From assembly GCA_036381195.1 (NCBI GenBank), contig DASVDH010000078.1, positions 10,250 through 74,249 of the forward strand: 64,000 nt of DNA, in the 5' to 3' direction. Positions 36,317-46,015 of the stretch are shown piece after piece. The notes beneath the pieces were generated by a model. It saw nothing but the letters and a program-made list of their open reading frames with translations. It made no database searches and was not told where the DNA came from. The translations under genes were made by a program, and so were the position numbers. Numbering within the stretch: position 1 is the stretch's first letter; each line of letters begins with the position of its first letter. The stretch is from Longimicrobiales bacterium. Its GTDB lineage: Bacteria; Gemmatimonadota; Gemmatimonadetes; Longimicrobiales; RSA9.

Positions 36317-37231
36317 TCATGCGTGGAAAAGCCCCGCCGCGCGGAGCGCGAAGCCTCGCCGCGAGCTGCCCGCCGGGATATTGATCCGCGGGAGCGCGTA
36401 CCGCTGCATCCCTCTGCGAGGCAGCAGGCCGCCGGTGACTCGCAGTGCTGCGGCGTAGCCCGCCCGGGCGACGGCCGCCTCCACCGCGGGCGAGGTCATG
36501 CCGTAAGGATACGATAACCAGGGCAGGACCCGCTCGAAACGCTCCCGCAACCAGCGTAGCGGCAGCTCCAGCTCCTGGGCGAGCTCGGCCGCCAGGAGTC
36601 GGACGAGATTGGGATGACTCCACGTGTGTGAGCCGAGCGACAGGCCGGGATGCTGGAGCGCGCACGCCAGTTCCTCCTCGCTGGCTGCACGCGCGTGCGC
36701 CGGAACGGTCGTCTGCGCGATTCCCGCCTGTGCTGCCCAGCGCCGGATCTCGGAATCCACTCCTCGCAGACCCGCGAGCGCGTGGGCGCGAAGCTCGGCA
36801 TCGAGCCCCTCGGGGCCCGAGGCCAGGCTGTCCCACCAGAAGGATCGGCCACCGACGAATGCCGGTGCGACGAAGACCGTGGCCGGAAGGCCGCGGGCAC
36901 GCAGCTCCGCCACGCCGCAGGTGATCGCGCCGCGGTACGCGTCATCGAAGGTGATTGCCACGCGGGGCCGCCGCGGCGGCCTGTCGGGCGGTCGCAGGAG
37001 CGCATCCAGCGGCACGACCTCGTGGGTCTCGACGAGATGATCGAGCTGGGCCCGGAACTGCTGAACCGGCAGATGCAGCGAGCGATCGCCCGCCGGCTCC
37101 TCGCCTTCAGGGACGATGTTGTGGTACGCGAGCACACACCCGCGGCCCGTGCTGAGGCGGCGGGCCAGCGCGGCAGCGCCGCATCCCATCAGAACCGCCT
37201 CGAGCGACGCCTTCAGATGCTGCCGGATCAT
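36317..37231 (-). CDS. polysaccharide deacetylase (NodB-homology/CE4-like)
   Basis: ATG 37231 overlaps the upstream stop (ATGA). VAITFDDAYRG and GSHTWSHPNL motifs. Confidence 0.8.
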   Translation of the reverse strand: MIRQHLKASLEAVLMGCGAAALARRLSTGRGCVLAYHNIVPEGEEPAGDRSLHLPVQQFRAQLDHLVETHEVVPLDALLRPPDRPPRRPRVAITFDDAYRGAITCGVAELRARGLPATVFVAPAFVGGRSFWWDSLASGPEGLDAELRAHALAGLRGVDSEIRRWAAQAGIAQTTVPAHARAASEEELACALQHPGLSLGSHTWSHPNLVRLLAAELAQELELPLRWLRERFERVLPWLSYPYGMTSPAVEAAVARAGYAAALRVTGGLLPRRGMQRYALPRINIPAGSSRRGFALRAAGLFHA

Positions 37232-38616
37232 GTCGAGCCGTCCCGGGTCCGAAGGGGCTCGCCGCCTGAACCGTGGGTTGCGGATGTGTCCACGGCAACG
37301 CCGGTACCGGCCGCCACGAGGTGCTCCGGCCAGCCGAGCACTTCCAGGTACTCGCGGACCAAGGCCCTGCCGACCACGTCCCAGCTATAGAGCTGCTCCA
37401 CCGTCCGCCGGCCGTTCGCGCCGAGACGGCGGCGCAGGCGCGGGTCGACCATCACCTGGCGGATCGCCTCGGCAAAGCTGCCCGGGTCATCGCGGATCAG
37501 GATGTTCTCACCGTCCACCGCGTGGAGCCCTTCGCACCCGACGCTGGTGCTGACCACGGCCTTCCCCATGGCCCACGCGGTGGTGATCTTCAGCCGGGTC
37601 CCGCCCCCGATGCGGAGCGGGACGATGGTGCAGAAGGCGTCACGCACCCATGGACGTACGTCATCGACGTAGCCCGTCAACTCGACGGAGTGCCGCGCCC
37701 GATAGTGGGCGATCTGCTCGGGGCTGGCGCGCCCGATCCAGCGAACGGGGACGGAACGCCCATCGCGCCGCAAGATCGGCAGGATCTCCCCGCAGAAGTA
37801 CTCGAGCGCGTCGAGGTTGGGAAACCACTCGGTTCCGCCGAGGTAGGCGATGAGCTCGTCCGTGCCGTCCAACGGGACGTATTCGGCGATGTCGACGCCG
37901 TTCGGCGCCACCGTGATGCGCGCGCCCGGGGCGATGCGGAGGAGCCCATCCCGGTCCGCATCGGAGACGGCAACGTTGATCGCCGCCGAGCGGCACCAGC
38001 GCATCTCCTCCGATTCGGTGAGCGCGGCCTGGAGCCGCAGATACCAGGATCGAAGACCCGTCCCGTTCTGTGCACGGCGCCGCAGCAGCTCGGATTCCAC
38101 GTTGTGGTGTGTGCAGGCCACGGGGACGCGGTCGAGGAGCGGGAGGTAGGCAGAGAGGTCCGAGCTGTCCACGTGGACGATATCGAAGCGCTCCGAGCGG
38201 AGCAGCTCGAGCAGACGGCGCCGATACGGTCTCGCATCGTAGGCGAAGCGCGTGTACGCCCTGCCCGACGCGAGGCTCCGGAGGTGGTCCCAGAGGAAGC
38301 GGAGCCGGCTGTGCTCCTGGGGGATCGGGAAGGCTTCGACCCGGGCGATGCCGGAGAGAGCCGCGAGGCTCGCGGACACCTGCGCTGCAGACCCGTGCGC
38401 CTTCACTCGGTAGAAGCAGAGGGCCGTCACGTCGAAGGCGGCCGCGAGCTGGCGGAGCACGTTGTAGGTGCGGATCGCTGCGCCGCTGCTCGGCGGGTAC
38501 GGCAGGGCGTGCGACAGGAAGAGGAGCTTCGGCTTTGCCATGTGCGGTGCGGCCGCCACGGGTTCGCTCACGGCGAGCGACTCGCCAGCGGAACGTCCCA
38601 GCCGTGACCGGTTCAT
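37228..38616 (-). CDS. glycosyltransferase, GT4 type resembling the PEP-CTERM/XrtA-associated TIGR03087-like family
   Basis: KPKLLFLSHALPYPPSSGAAIRTYNVLRQLA, compared with the R-I-P-Y-P-P-x-K-G-D-K-I-R signature as I remember it. ATG 38616 overlaps the asnB stop (ATGA). An alternative start is ATG 38541. Confidence 0.75.
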   Translation of the reverse strand: MNRSRLGRSAGESLAVSEPVAAAPHMAKPKLLFLSHALPYPPSSGAAIRTYNVLRQLAAAFDVTALCFYRVKAHGSAAQVSASLAALSGIARVEAFPIPQEHSRLRFLWDHLRSLASGRAYTRFAYDARPYRRRLLELLRSERFDIVHVDSSDLSAYLPLLDRVPVACTHHNVESELLRRRAQNGTGLRSWYLRLQAALTESEEMRWCRSAAINVAVSDADRDGLLRIAPGARITVAPNGVDIAEYVPLDGTDELIAYLGGTEWFPNLDALEYFCGEILPILRRDGRSVPVRWIGRASPEQIAHYRARHSVELTGYVDDVRPWVRDAFCTIVPLRIGGGTRLKITTAWAMGKAVVSTSVGCEGLHAVDGENILIRDDPGSFAEAIRQVMVDPRLRRRLGANGRRTVEQLYSWDVVGRALVREYLEVLGWPEHLVAAGTGVAVDTSATHGSGGEPLRTRDGST

Positions 38617-40565
38617 GCCAGCCATCGATACCGCCATGCCTGGAACATCAAGACGGCCCAGAGCCCAATCGCGAGCTGGTCATGGCCATCCTGCAGCGCG
38701 GCCCAGGCGCGATGGACGCTGACGCCGCGGAGGATGCCGTCCCGATCCAGGGCGTCACGGTCGAGGAGGTCCTCGGCCCACGGTCGCAGCGCGCCGCGCA
38801 GCCACGTGGCGATCGGCACCGAGAACCCCATCTTGGGGCGATCCACCAGCTCCTGCGGCACGCGACGGTAGAGCGCCTGGCGCAAGAGCCACTTCCCCTG
38901 GCGCCCGCGGATCTTGAGGTTGCGGGGCAAACACCAGGAGAACTCGATGATGCGGTGATCGAGCAGAGGGACGCGGACCTCCAGGCTGACCGCCATGCTC
39001 GCACGATCCACCTTGGCCAGCAGGTCGTCGGGGAGGTACATCGCCTGGTCCGTCAGCATCATCCGTTCGAGCAGCGGAAACGCCGCGCCCGCCTCGAACG
39101 CCCGGTCCACGGGACTCGGCTGCGACTCGCCGCAACGCAGGATCCGGCCGGGCTCCTGCCACGCGCTGAGCAGTGAGCGGTACATCTCGAGCGGCGAGTC
39201 CCAGCTCATCAAGGCCCCGAACTTGACGATCTTCTCGCCGGGCAGCCGGTGGCGCGCTGCCACCGGGAGTACGGGACTGACCGAGCGGTAGAGCCGGTCC
39301 CAGGAGCGGGACGAGACGCGGCCGATGCCGGCCGCGACGACGCGCCGGAGCGGCCTGGGCATCCGTTGCAGCCCCCCGATCGCCTGCTCTCCCTGGATGT
39401 AGCGGTGGTAGCCCGCGAAGACCTCGTCACCGCCATCGCCTGAAAGCGCCACGGTCACGCTCCGTCGCGCGAGCTGGGACACCAGGAAGGTCGGGATCTG
39501 CGAGGGATCCGCGTGCGGCTCGTCGAAGATGTCGGGCAGCCGCGGGACCACGGCGCGCGCGTCTTCGTCCGTCAGCACGAGCTGCGTATGATCGGTGCCC
39601 ACGTACGCGGCGACCCGCGCCGCAGCCGGCGCCTCGTCGTAATCCGGGTGATCGAATCCGATGGAGAACGTCCTGACCGGGCGCGACGAGAGACTCTGCG
39701 CGACGGCGGTCACCGTCGAGGAATCGATCCCGCCCGAGAGGAGCGTGCCCAGGGGGACATCCGACAGCAGGCGCAGGCGCACCGAATCCGTGAGGAGCGC
39801 ATCGAACTCCTCGAGCGCCTCCATCTCCGTGCCCCTGAACGGAGCGGCACGTCCGCGCGCAGCCGCATCGACCAGCGACCAGTACGGCCGTGACGCGGGG
39901 AGCGGCTCGTCCACCGAGCGGACCGTCAAGATGTGGCCGGGGGGCAGCTTCGAGGCGTCGGCGTAGATCGTCCTGGGTGCGGGGACGTACAGGTACCGTA
40001 GGTACGCCGCCAGCGCAGCGGTGTCGAGCTCACGATCGAATTCAGGGCCCTCGACCAGGGACTTGAGCTCGGATCCGAACGTCAGGATGCCGGGTTGCCA
40101 CGAGATGTAGAGGGGCTTGATCCCGAGGCGGTCCCGCAGCAGGAAGATCTCACGGGTGGCGGCATCCCAGACGGCCATCGCGAACATCCCGATGAAGCGG
40201 TGGACTGCGGGCTCGACGCCCCAACGCTCGAACGCCGCCAGGATCGTCTCCGTATCCGAGTGGCCGCGAAAACGGAAGCCGGCTCCCTCGAGCTCCGTGC
40301 GGAGGGCCCGGTGGTTGTACACCTCGCCGTTGAAAACCAGAGTGTAGCGCCCGGAAGGCGAGCGCATCGGCTGGCGGCCGTTCGCCGAGAGATCGAGGAT
40401 GGCGAGTCGCCGGAAACCCAGCGCGATGCCGGCCTCGGCATCCGCCCAGACCCCTTCGTCATCGGGACCGCGGTGCGCGATGGGCGCGATCATCCGCCGC
40501 ACCGCCGCCTCCAGCCCAGCGCGCTCGTATCCTCGAGTCGAGACTATTCCCGCAAAGCCACACAT
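38613..40565 (-). CDS. asnB: asparagine synthase (glutamine-hydrolysing) family amidotransferase
   Basis: The ATG at 40565 gives MCGFAGIV.... HRGPDDEG, FNGEVYN and the PP-loop LSGGIDSS are present. Confidence 0.9.
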   Translation of the reverse strand: MCGFAGIVSTRGYERAGLEAAVRRMIAPIAHRGPDDEGVWADAEAGIALGFRRLAILDLSANGRQPMRSPSGRYTLVFNGEVYNHRALRTELEGAGFRFRGHSDTETILAAFERWGVEPAVHRFIGMFAMAVWDAATREIFLLRDRLGIKPLYISWQPGILTFGSELKSLVEGPEFDRELDTAALAAYLRYLYVPAPRTIYADASKLPPGHILTVRSVDEPLPASRPYWSLVDAAARGRAAPFRGTEMEALEEFDALLTDSVRLRLLSDVPLGTLLSGGIDSSTVTAVAQSLSSRPVRTFSIGFDHPDYDEAPAAARVAAYVGTDHTQLVLTDEDARAVVPRLPDIFDEPHADPSQIPTFLVSQLARRSVTVALSGDGGDEVFAGYHRYIQGEQAIGGLQRMPRPLRRVVAAGIGRVSSRSWDRLYRSVSPVLPVAARHRLPGEKIVKFGALMSWDSPLEMYRSLLSAWQEPGRILRCGESQPSPVDRAFEAGAAFPLLERMMLTDQAMYLPDDLLAKVDRASMAVSLEVRVPLLDHRIIEFSWCLPRNLKIRGRQGKWLLRQALYRRVPQELVDRPKMGFSVPIATWLRGALRPWAEDLLDRDALDRDGILRGVSVHRAWAALQDGHDQLAIGLWAVLMFQAWRYRWLA

Positions 40566-40706
40566 CTCGGGCCTCGTGACAGCGCACGCGTTCGACGCGG
40601 TGGCACCACCACCGAGGGGTCCCGAAGGGGCGCGCAGCGGATGACCGCGCTCCACTCCGGCAACGCCACGTGCGCCGTTGGCCGGCCGCCTCCCGCGGCG
40701 TGTTGG

Positions 40707-41510
40707 CTAGAACGCGAGCGAAGTCGGAGCCAGCGCCCCGTCGACGCTCTGGGATTCGAGGTCGAGCAGGGCCACCTGGGGCTGGTCGTAGAAGCCACGG
40801 AGCAGATTGCCGCGGATCACCAGCAGATCGCGGGCCATGCGGAGCGAATCGAGCGCGAGATTGACGCGCGAGCCGGGCTTGTGCGTCCAGTTGACCGGAA
40901 CCTCCGTGACCCGGTACCCGGCCCGGCGCGCCATCAGCAGCACCTCGACATCGAAGCTGAAGCCGTTCATCCGCATGCGCGAGAAAAGGTCGTGCGCGAC
41001 CGAGTCGCGGAACAGCTTGAAGCCGCACTGCGTGTCGGCAATGCCGCCGACGGCCAGGGTTCGCACCAGGAGATGGAAGGCCCGGCCGATGACGCGCCGG
41101 TACAGGCGCGCCCGCACCTCCACTCCCGACGCCCGCAGGGCGCGGGAGCCGATGGCAATGTCGGCCCCCGCATCGATCGCCGCCTCCAGGCGCTCGAGCT
41201 CGGCGATGGGCGTCGCGCCGTCCGCGTCGGCGAACAGGACCAGCCGCCCCGTGGCGTTGACGACGCCCACCCGCACCGCGTAGCCCTTGCCGCGGTTGCC
41301 GGGCAGCCGGAACAGGCGGATCTCGGGGTAACCCCGCGCCAGTCGCGCGACCAGAGCACTCGTGCCGTCCCGACTCCCATCATCGACCACCAGGATCTCG
41401 GCGGCGCGGCGCCGTTCCCGGAAATACGAGACGGTCTCGCGAAGCGTGGGCTCCAGCCGTGCTTCTTCGTTGAACGCGGGAATGATGACGGAGAGCTCGG
41501 GTCGCAACAC
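40707..41510 (-). CDS. GT2 glycosyltransferase, DPM1/ALG5/GtrB-like (polyprenol-phosphate sugar synthase candidate)
   Basis: GTG 41510 is preceded by AGAGGA, 5 nt upstream. LSVIIPAFNEEARL, ILVVDDGSRDGT and LFADADGATP motifs. No C-terminal TM. Confidence 0.8.
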   Translation of the reverse strand: MLRPELSVIIPAFNEEARLEPTLRETVSYFRERRRAAEILVVDDGSRDGTSALVARLARGYPEIRLFRLPGNRGKGYAVRVGVVNATGRLVLFADADGATPIAELERLEAAIDAGADIAIGSRALRASGVEVRARLYRRVIGRAFHLLVRTLAVGGIADTQCGFKLFRDSVAHDLFSRMRMNGFSFDVEVLLMARRAGYRVTEVPVNWTHKPGSRVNLALDSLRMARDLLVIRGNLLRGFYDQPQVALLDLESQSVDGALAPTSLAF

Positions 41511-41545
41511 GTTGATCCTCTTCGGTTGTAGTCGGCCCCGCCACG

Positions 41546-41561
41546 GGCAAGTCTGATACCA
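41546..41561 (-). promoter_or_regulatory. candidate sigma-54 (-24/-12) promoter internal to the long minus-strand gene array
   Basis: Minus strand reads TGGTAT-CAGAC-TTGCC. GG and GC have exact spacing. Predicted TSS is near 41534, about 25 nt before GTG 41510, with an AGAGGA Shine-Dalgarno in between. Confidence 0.5.
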
Positions 41562-41680
41562 GCAGGGGGAGGGGCGGTGTCGGTGCGGACGGGAGCCCGA
41601 GGCGCCGCGAGGGGCTGGCCGCCGCCGCCGGGCCCCCACATCTGTAGTGGGCCCGCCACAGCACCCCCGTCGGCGGCGGC

Positions 41681-43174
41681 TCAGCCATCCCCGAGGGGGG
41701 GCCCGCACAGGTGGAGGTCGACGCGGTACACGCGGTAATCGAACCGTGGGCGTTGGTGCGAGTGAGTCAGGCGGCAGTGCCGGTCGAGCCAGGGGGCGAC
41801 CTCGCCGGAGCCATCGAAGGCGAGGCCCTCGCGCCGGACCAGGGCCACCACCCAGAAGGGGGATCCGCCCGCAAGCATTTCATCGAGCTGGGCCGTGTTC
41901 ATTTTCAGCTCGCGGCCATCGAGCTCGGGCGCGTAATGCCGCTGGAAGATGATCGGCGTCGTGAGGACCGGGAGCTCCGGCGCTGTCCCGGCGATCACGC
42001 GGAACGCGGGCCGCGGATCGAACCGCATCCCATCCGACAGGTGGGAGACGAGGGATGGCGCGAGGCCCGCGCCGATGACCGCCATCACCGCCGCCGCCAG
42101 CAGGCCCCGCCGCTCGACGGCCCGTTCCGCCACGAGATGGATCAGGCCGCCGGCAGAGACGAACACCATGGGCAACATGACGACGGCGTAGTCCGCGTAG
42201 ACGTTCGTCACGGCGGAAGCGGCGAGCAGCGCCGCGAGCGTGCTCACCCCACCACTGATGGCAAGGACGGCCCACCGGCGCTGCCGGGCGCTCGACGCGA
42301 GGGGCAGGAGGGCGAGTGCGCCGGCCGCCGCGGCCGCGACCAGCACGGGGGTCAACCATTCGACGATGGCCGGCAAGAGCCGGAGCGTCGCCTCCAGACC
42401 CCGGCCGCTGAAGTTCCGCAGAGAAGAGCCGCGTCCCAACAGGGACAGGGTCAGGTAGCCCGCGCCCGCGATCGCCGCGAACGGCAGCCAGAGCGCCGAC
42501 CACGCCGCCCGGGACGGCCACGCCCAGCCCAGCCGGCCGGACCGCCCGACCAGCACCGTCGCGAGGGCCACGCCCGCCACCGGGAACAGGAAGGTCGGGT
42601 GGGTGGCCGTGCCCAACACCAGGGCCACGAGCGCGGCGAGGTAGTCGCGCGGCCGATCGGTGTCCCAGGCGCGGATCAGGAAGAGCAGGAAGAGCGCGGA
42701 CAGGAGATAGAGCAGCGACCCGTACCGCGCCATTCCCGAGACGTGGAGATGCCAGGGCGCCAGCGCCACCCAGAGCGCGGCGGCGATGGCGCCGAGCCGG
42801 CCGAAGAGCTCGGCCCCGAGCTTCCAGGTGACGTAGATGCCCAGGATGCCGAACAGGAGCGGCAGCAGCCGCATCCCCACGTGGTTGGGAGGCACCCACT
42901 CGAAGAGCACGTGCTGCAGGAGGTAGTAGAGCGGACGCGCCTCGATCCCGGGCCGGAGGGGCGAATCGAACAGGCGCGTCGCCTCGATGACCGTATAGAG
43001 CTCGTCCTCCTCGAACGGGTAGGAGCCGAGGCCGTAGAGCCGCAGGAGGATCCCCAAGCCGAGCACGAGTGCCGGCAGCATTGCGCCCCCGCCGATGCGG
43101 CCTGCCGGCTGCCCGGGTACGGCGGATCGTGTCGCGGCACTCTGTTTCGCCCGAACCAAAAAGGAGGCAACCAT
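41681..43174 (-). CDS. GT-C (ArnT/PMT, GT39/83)-like membrane glycosyltransferase
   Basis: ATG 43174 (the ORF track uses TTG 43180). LRLYGLGSYPFEEDELYTV is the ArnT/PMT-type first-loop acidic motif. Polytopic, with a C-terminal soluble domain ending ...YRVYRVDLHLC. Confidence 0.7.
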   Translation of the reverse strand: MVASFLVRAKQSAATRSAVPGQPAGRIGGGAMLPALVLGLGILLRLYGLGSYPFEEDELYTVIEATRLFDSPLRPGIEARPLYYLLQHVLFEWVPPNHVGMRLLPLLFGILGIYVTWKLGAELFGRLGAIAAALWVALAPWHLHVSGMARYGSLLYLLSALFLLFLIRAWDTDRPRDYLAALVALVLGTATHPTFLFPVAGVALATVLVGRSGRLGWAWPSRAAWSALWLPFAAIAGAGYLTLSLLGRGSSLRNFSGRGLEATLRLLPAIVEWLTPVLVAAAAAGALALLPLASSARQRRWAVLAISGGVSTLAALLAASAVTNVYADYAVVMLPMVFVSAGGLIHLVAERAVERRGLLAAAVMAVIGAGLAPSLVSHLSDGMRFDPRPAFRVIAGTAPELPVLTTPIIFQRHYAPELDGRELKMNTAQLDEMLAGGSPFWVVALVRREGLAFDGSGEVAPWLDRHCRLTHSHQRPRFDYRVYRVDLHLCGPPLGDG

Positions 43175-43307
43175 GCTCAAGAACTCTCAGGAGCCGCGCG
43201 ACACGCTCACCCGCCGTACCCGCGGTGCCAGCGCAGGGATCGCCTGTGCCGCCCGCCCCGCGCTGCAGATCGCGGGCTCGGAGACGTACAGAGCGTAGCC
43301 GAGCGAG

Positions 43308-44480
43308 TCATCGGTTGACGGCGCTCGAGAGAGCGCCGCGGCGTGGGCGAATCGTCCGTTCTCGCGCCACCCGATACGCTCGCTCATACTCGTTCGCCAT
43401 GGCCTCAATGCTGAACGCCTCCTCCGCGCGCCTCCGCGCCTCGTTGCCGATAGCCCGACGAAGGGCCTCGTCGCGCAGCAGGCGAGCGAGCGCCGTGGCG
43501 AGGCCATCCGGGTCTCCGGGAGGCACGAGCAGCCCCTCCTCCTCATGCGTGATCACCTCGGGGATGCCCCCCACGGCCGAGGCGACGATCGCCTTCCCAG
43601 CGAACATCGCCTCCAGCATCGCCATCGGCAGACCCTCTGAGAGCGAGGGCATGGCGAAGATGTCCGCAGCGGCCAGGAGATCGGGCACGTCCGTCCGGAA
43701 CCCCAGGAGGTGCAGGCGGTCCGAGAGGCCGTGCTCCTCGGCGAATCGCCGCAGGGCGGGGCCCTCACCGCCGGCCGTGCCCCCGAAGCCGTCGGTGCCG
43801 GCGATTGCCAGGCGCCATTTCAGCTCGGGATGGAGCTCCCGCAGCACGGCGAGTGCCTTGAGCAGGACGAGGTGGCCTTTCACCGGATAGAGGTTCCCCA
43901 CGGCGACGATCACGGATTCATCGTGTGTCGCGCCGAGCTCGCGGCGCACCCCATCGCCATGAGCCCCGGGCACGAACCGGATGCCGTTGCGAACGACGTG
44001 AATCCCGCCCCTCGGCTCGCCGAGCGTTGCCAGGAGCTCTGCCCGGCTCGCCTCCGAGACAGCGACAACGCCGCCACTGTGCCTGAACGCCCATCGGAGA
44101 GCCATTCTCCTCCGCCTCGCCCCGAGGGCGTGCTTGCCTCCATGCATCGTGACCACGGACCCGATTCGCGTCACGCGCGCCGCCGCCGTACCGTACACCG
44201 CCATTGTGAACTCGTGGCAGTGCGCGACTTCGATGCTCCGCTGGCGAAAGATTCGGACGAGGTCGCGGAGGCATCCCAGATCGAGCGGCCGCCTCAAGCT
44301 GAAAGACTCGGTGTCGAATCCCGCTTTCCGGAACTCGCCCCCGAGCCAGCCGCAGCCGTTCGCGGGACCGATGAAGCAAATCGAGTGACCCCGGCGGCGG
44401 AGCTCCTCGGCGAGCTGGAGCACCATCATCTCCGCACCGCCGGGACCATCACTCTCGAGGAGGAGGGCAACCCGTCGCAT
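43308..44480 (-). CDS. glycosyltransferase, GT4/group-1 type
   Basis: MRRVALLLESDGPGGAEMMVLQLAEEL.... IFAMPSLSEGLPMAMLEAMFAGKAIVASAVGGIPEVI. Confidence 0.85.
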   Translation of the reverse strand: MRRVALLLESDGPGGAEMMVLQLAEELRRRGHSICFIGPANGCGWLGGEFRKAGFDTESFSLRRPLDLGCLRDLVRIFRQRSIEVAHCHEFTMAVYGTAAARVTRIGSVVTMHGGKHALGARRRRMALRWAFRHSGGVVAVSEASRAELLATLGEPRGGIHVVRNGIRFVPGAHGDGVRRELGATHDESVIVAVGNLYPVKGHLVLLKALAVLRELHPELKWRLAIAGTDGFGGTAGGEGPALRRFAEEHGLSDRLHLLGFRTDVPDLLAAADIFAMPSLSEGLPMAMLEAMFAGKAIVASAVGGIPEVITHEEEGLLVPPGDPDGLATALARLLRDEALRRAIGNEARRRAEEAFSIEAMANEYERAYRVARERTIRPRRGALSSAVNR

Positions 44481-44481
44481 C

Positions 44482-45561
44482 TCAGTGCGCGCGAACTCGA
44501 TGAGTCATCAGCCTTTTCACCTTGTGCAACGAACGCAGGACCGGGACCGGGAGCAGGCTGGCGGCATACAATCCCAGAGAATAGAGTGAGACAGCCGCTC
44601 CAGTCTCCCATGCTCGCGCGATGGCGACCCGGGCAGCACCACGGTCCAGTGTGGAAAGGTGTGCATAAGCCAGCCGGAGCAACAATCTCTGCTGCCCTTC
44701 TTCAAACGCTTTGCGTTCAGCCGCGGTCGGATTGGCACGCAATGCCAGCGCGCGCCGGCCGCTTTCCAGCGCTCCCAGGATCAAGGACGCCGTGTTTGAC
44801 GGTGAGGTCAGCGCGTCACCCTGCCCCATCCGATAATCCACGAGGGGGGTCATGATCATTGCCGCCGGGAATCTCGCGGCGACGCGGTGAAAGAACTCCG
44901 TTTCCTCGGCCTTGCGGAAGGCCTCATCGAAAAGCCCGACGCGCTCGATCACGCGGCGATGCAGGATCGCCGCCGAGGGGAGGACGAAGTTTCCATGGAA
45001 CAGCAGCTCGAAGACATCGCCCACGAACACGGTATGCGACCCGGCAGCGGCCTGCATTGAAACGCGCTCGAGTCGCGACTCGAAGAGCGCCTCCGGGGAG
45101 AGGCCGAGAGCGTCGAAGATCGGAAAGACCTGCCGGAGCCCGTCGGCGGGTCGGAGCTGGGCGCCGTGCTCGTCGATGACGTCGCACGCGCAGGTGCACC
45201 ACCCGGCCGTGGGGAACTTTTGCAAGGCCGCAAGCTGCGTCTCCAGCTTGGTGGCGTGCCAGACATCATCGGAATCCAGCAGCGCGACGTATTCCCCTTT
45301 GGCCTCCCGAAGGCCGCGGTTCCTGGCCGCGGAGACGCCGGCGTTTTCCTGCCGGACATATCGTACCGGCTCCGGAAGCGACATACAGATGGCGGCGGTG
45401 TCATCCACCGACCCATCGTCGACAATGATCACCTCGGCAGGCCGGTGCGTTTGCGCCAGGACGGAGCGAACCGCCGCCTCCAGGTACGCCGCGCGATTAT
45501 AGGTCGGGATGATCACACTGACGGCGGGCTCGTCGTAGTCGAGATTCGGGGCTGTGCGCAT
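44482..45561 (-). CDS. glycosyltransferase family 2
   Basis: VSVIIPTYNRAAYL, IIVDDGSVDDT and LLDSDDVW motifs. Start is ATG 45561, or TTG 45600 as in the ORF track. Ends 1 nt before the next gene. Confidence 0.85.
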   Translation of the reverse strand: MRTAPNLDYDEPAVSVIIPTYNRAAYLEAAVRSVLAQTHRPAEVIIVDDGSVDDTAAICMSLPEPVRYVRQENAGVSAARNRGLREAKGEYVALLDSDDVWHATKLETQLAALQKFPTAGWCTCACDVIDEHGAQLRPADGLRQVFPIFDALGLSPEALFESRLERVSMQAAAGSHTVFVGDVFELLFHGNFVLPSAAILHRRVIERVGLFDEAFRKAEETEFFHRVAARFPAAMIMTPLVDYRMGQGDALTSPSNTASLILGALESGRRALALRANPTAAERKAFEEGQQRLLLRLAYAHLSTLDRGAARVAIARAWETGAAVSLYSLGLYAASLLPVPVLRSLHKVKRLMTHRVRAH

Positions 45562-46015
45562 AAAGGGTTCCGGGAGGTGACGCTTCGGGGCACTGGCCAA
45601 CAGCAGCGGAGTGCAAGGTCCGAGCTAAGGGTAACGGGAGGCGGCCACCTCGAATTCGGGCCGGGCCTTCTGCGATCCGGGCCACTTGGCGCCTTCCGCC
45701 CGCACCTGCGGGATTGTGGGATTGACGCCACACGCGGTGGCCCAGGTGCAGCGGTATGGGCCGGCGGTCGTTGCGTCCAACGGTGCTCCGTACCGCGAAA
45801 GGCCTGGGCGGATCAGGGAAGAGATACCTGGGAGATATCAGGCCGGGTGGCTGGCGCGGGCGGGCCGGCGCCGGCATCCATGTTTCCGTAGGAGCCGAGG
45901 CCATGGACCCGCAGGGCAGCGTCCAGCTCGAGCGCGAGCGCGGGGAGGGTGGCACCCCGGGCCCTCCTCCGAGGCGACCGCGGCGCCGCGGCCAGCGGCG
46001 GCAGCAGAGTTTCCG

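Noticed and set aside
43216-43230. A perfect -24-like TGGCAC on the minus strand (forward GTGCCA, 43225-43230) in the gap upstream of the GT-C gene 41681..43174.
   Set aside because: The -12 position reads GTAC instead of TTGC, so there's no GC at the required spacing. It isn't a credible sigma-54 promoter.
45962-45995. GC-rich palindromes after the 46016..47716 stop (GGAGGG...CCCTCC and CCGCGGCGCCGCGG), plus the hairpin at 47798-47818, considered as terminators.
   Set aside because: The stems are short or imperfect, there is no U-tract, and such palindromes are frequent in GC-rich DNA. They aren't distinguishable from chance without RNA data.
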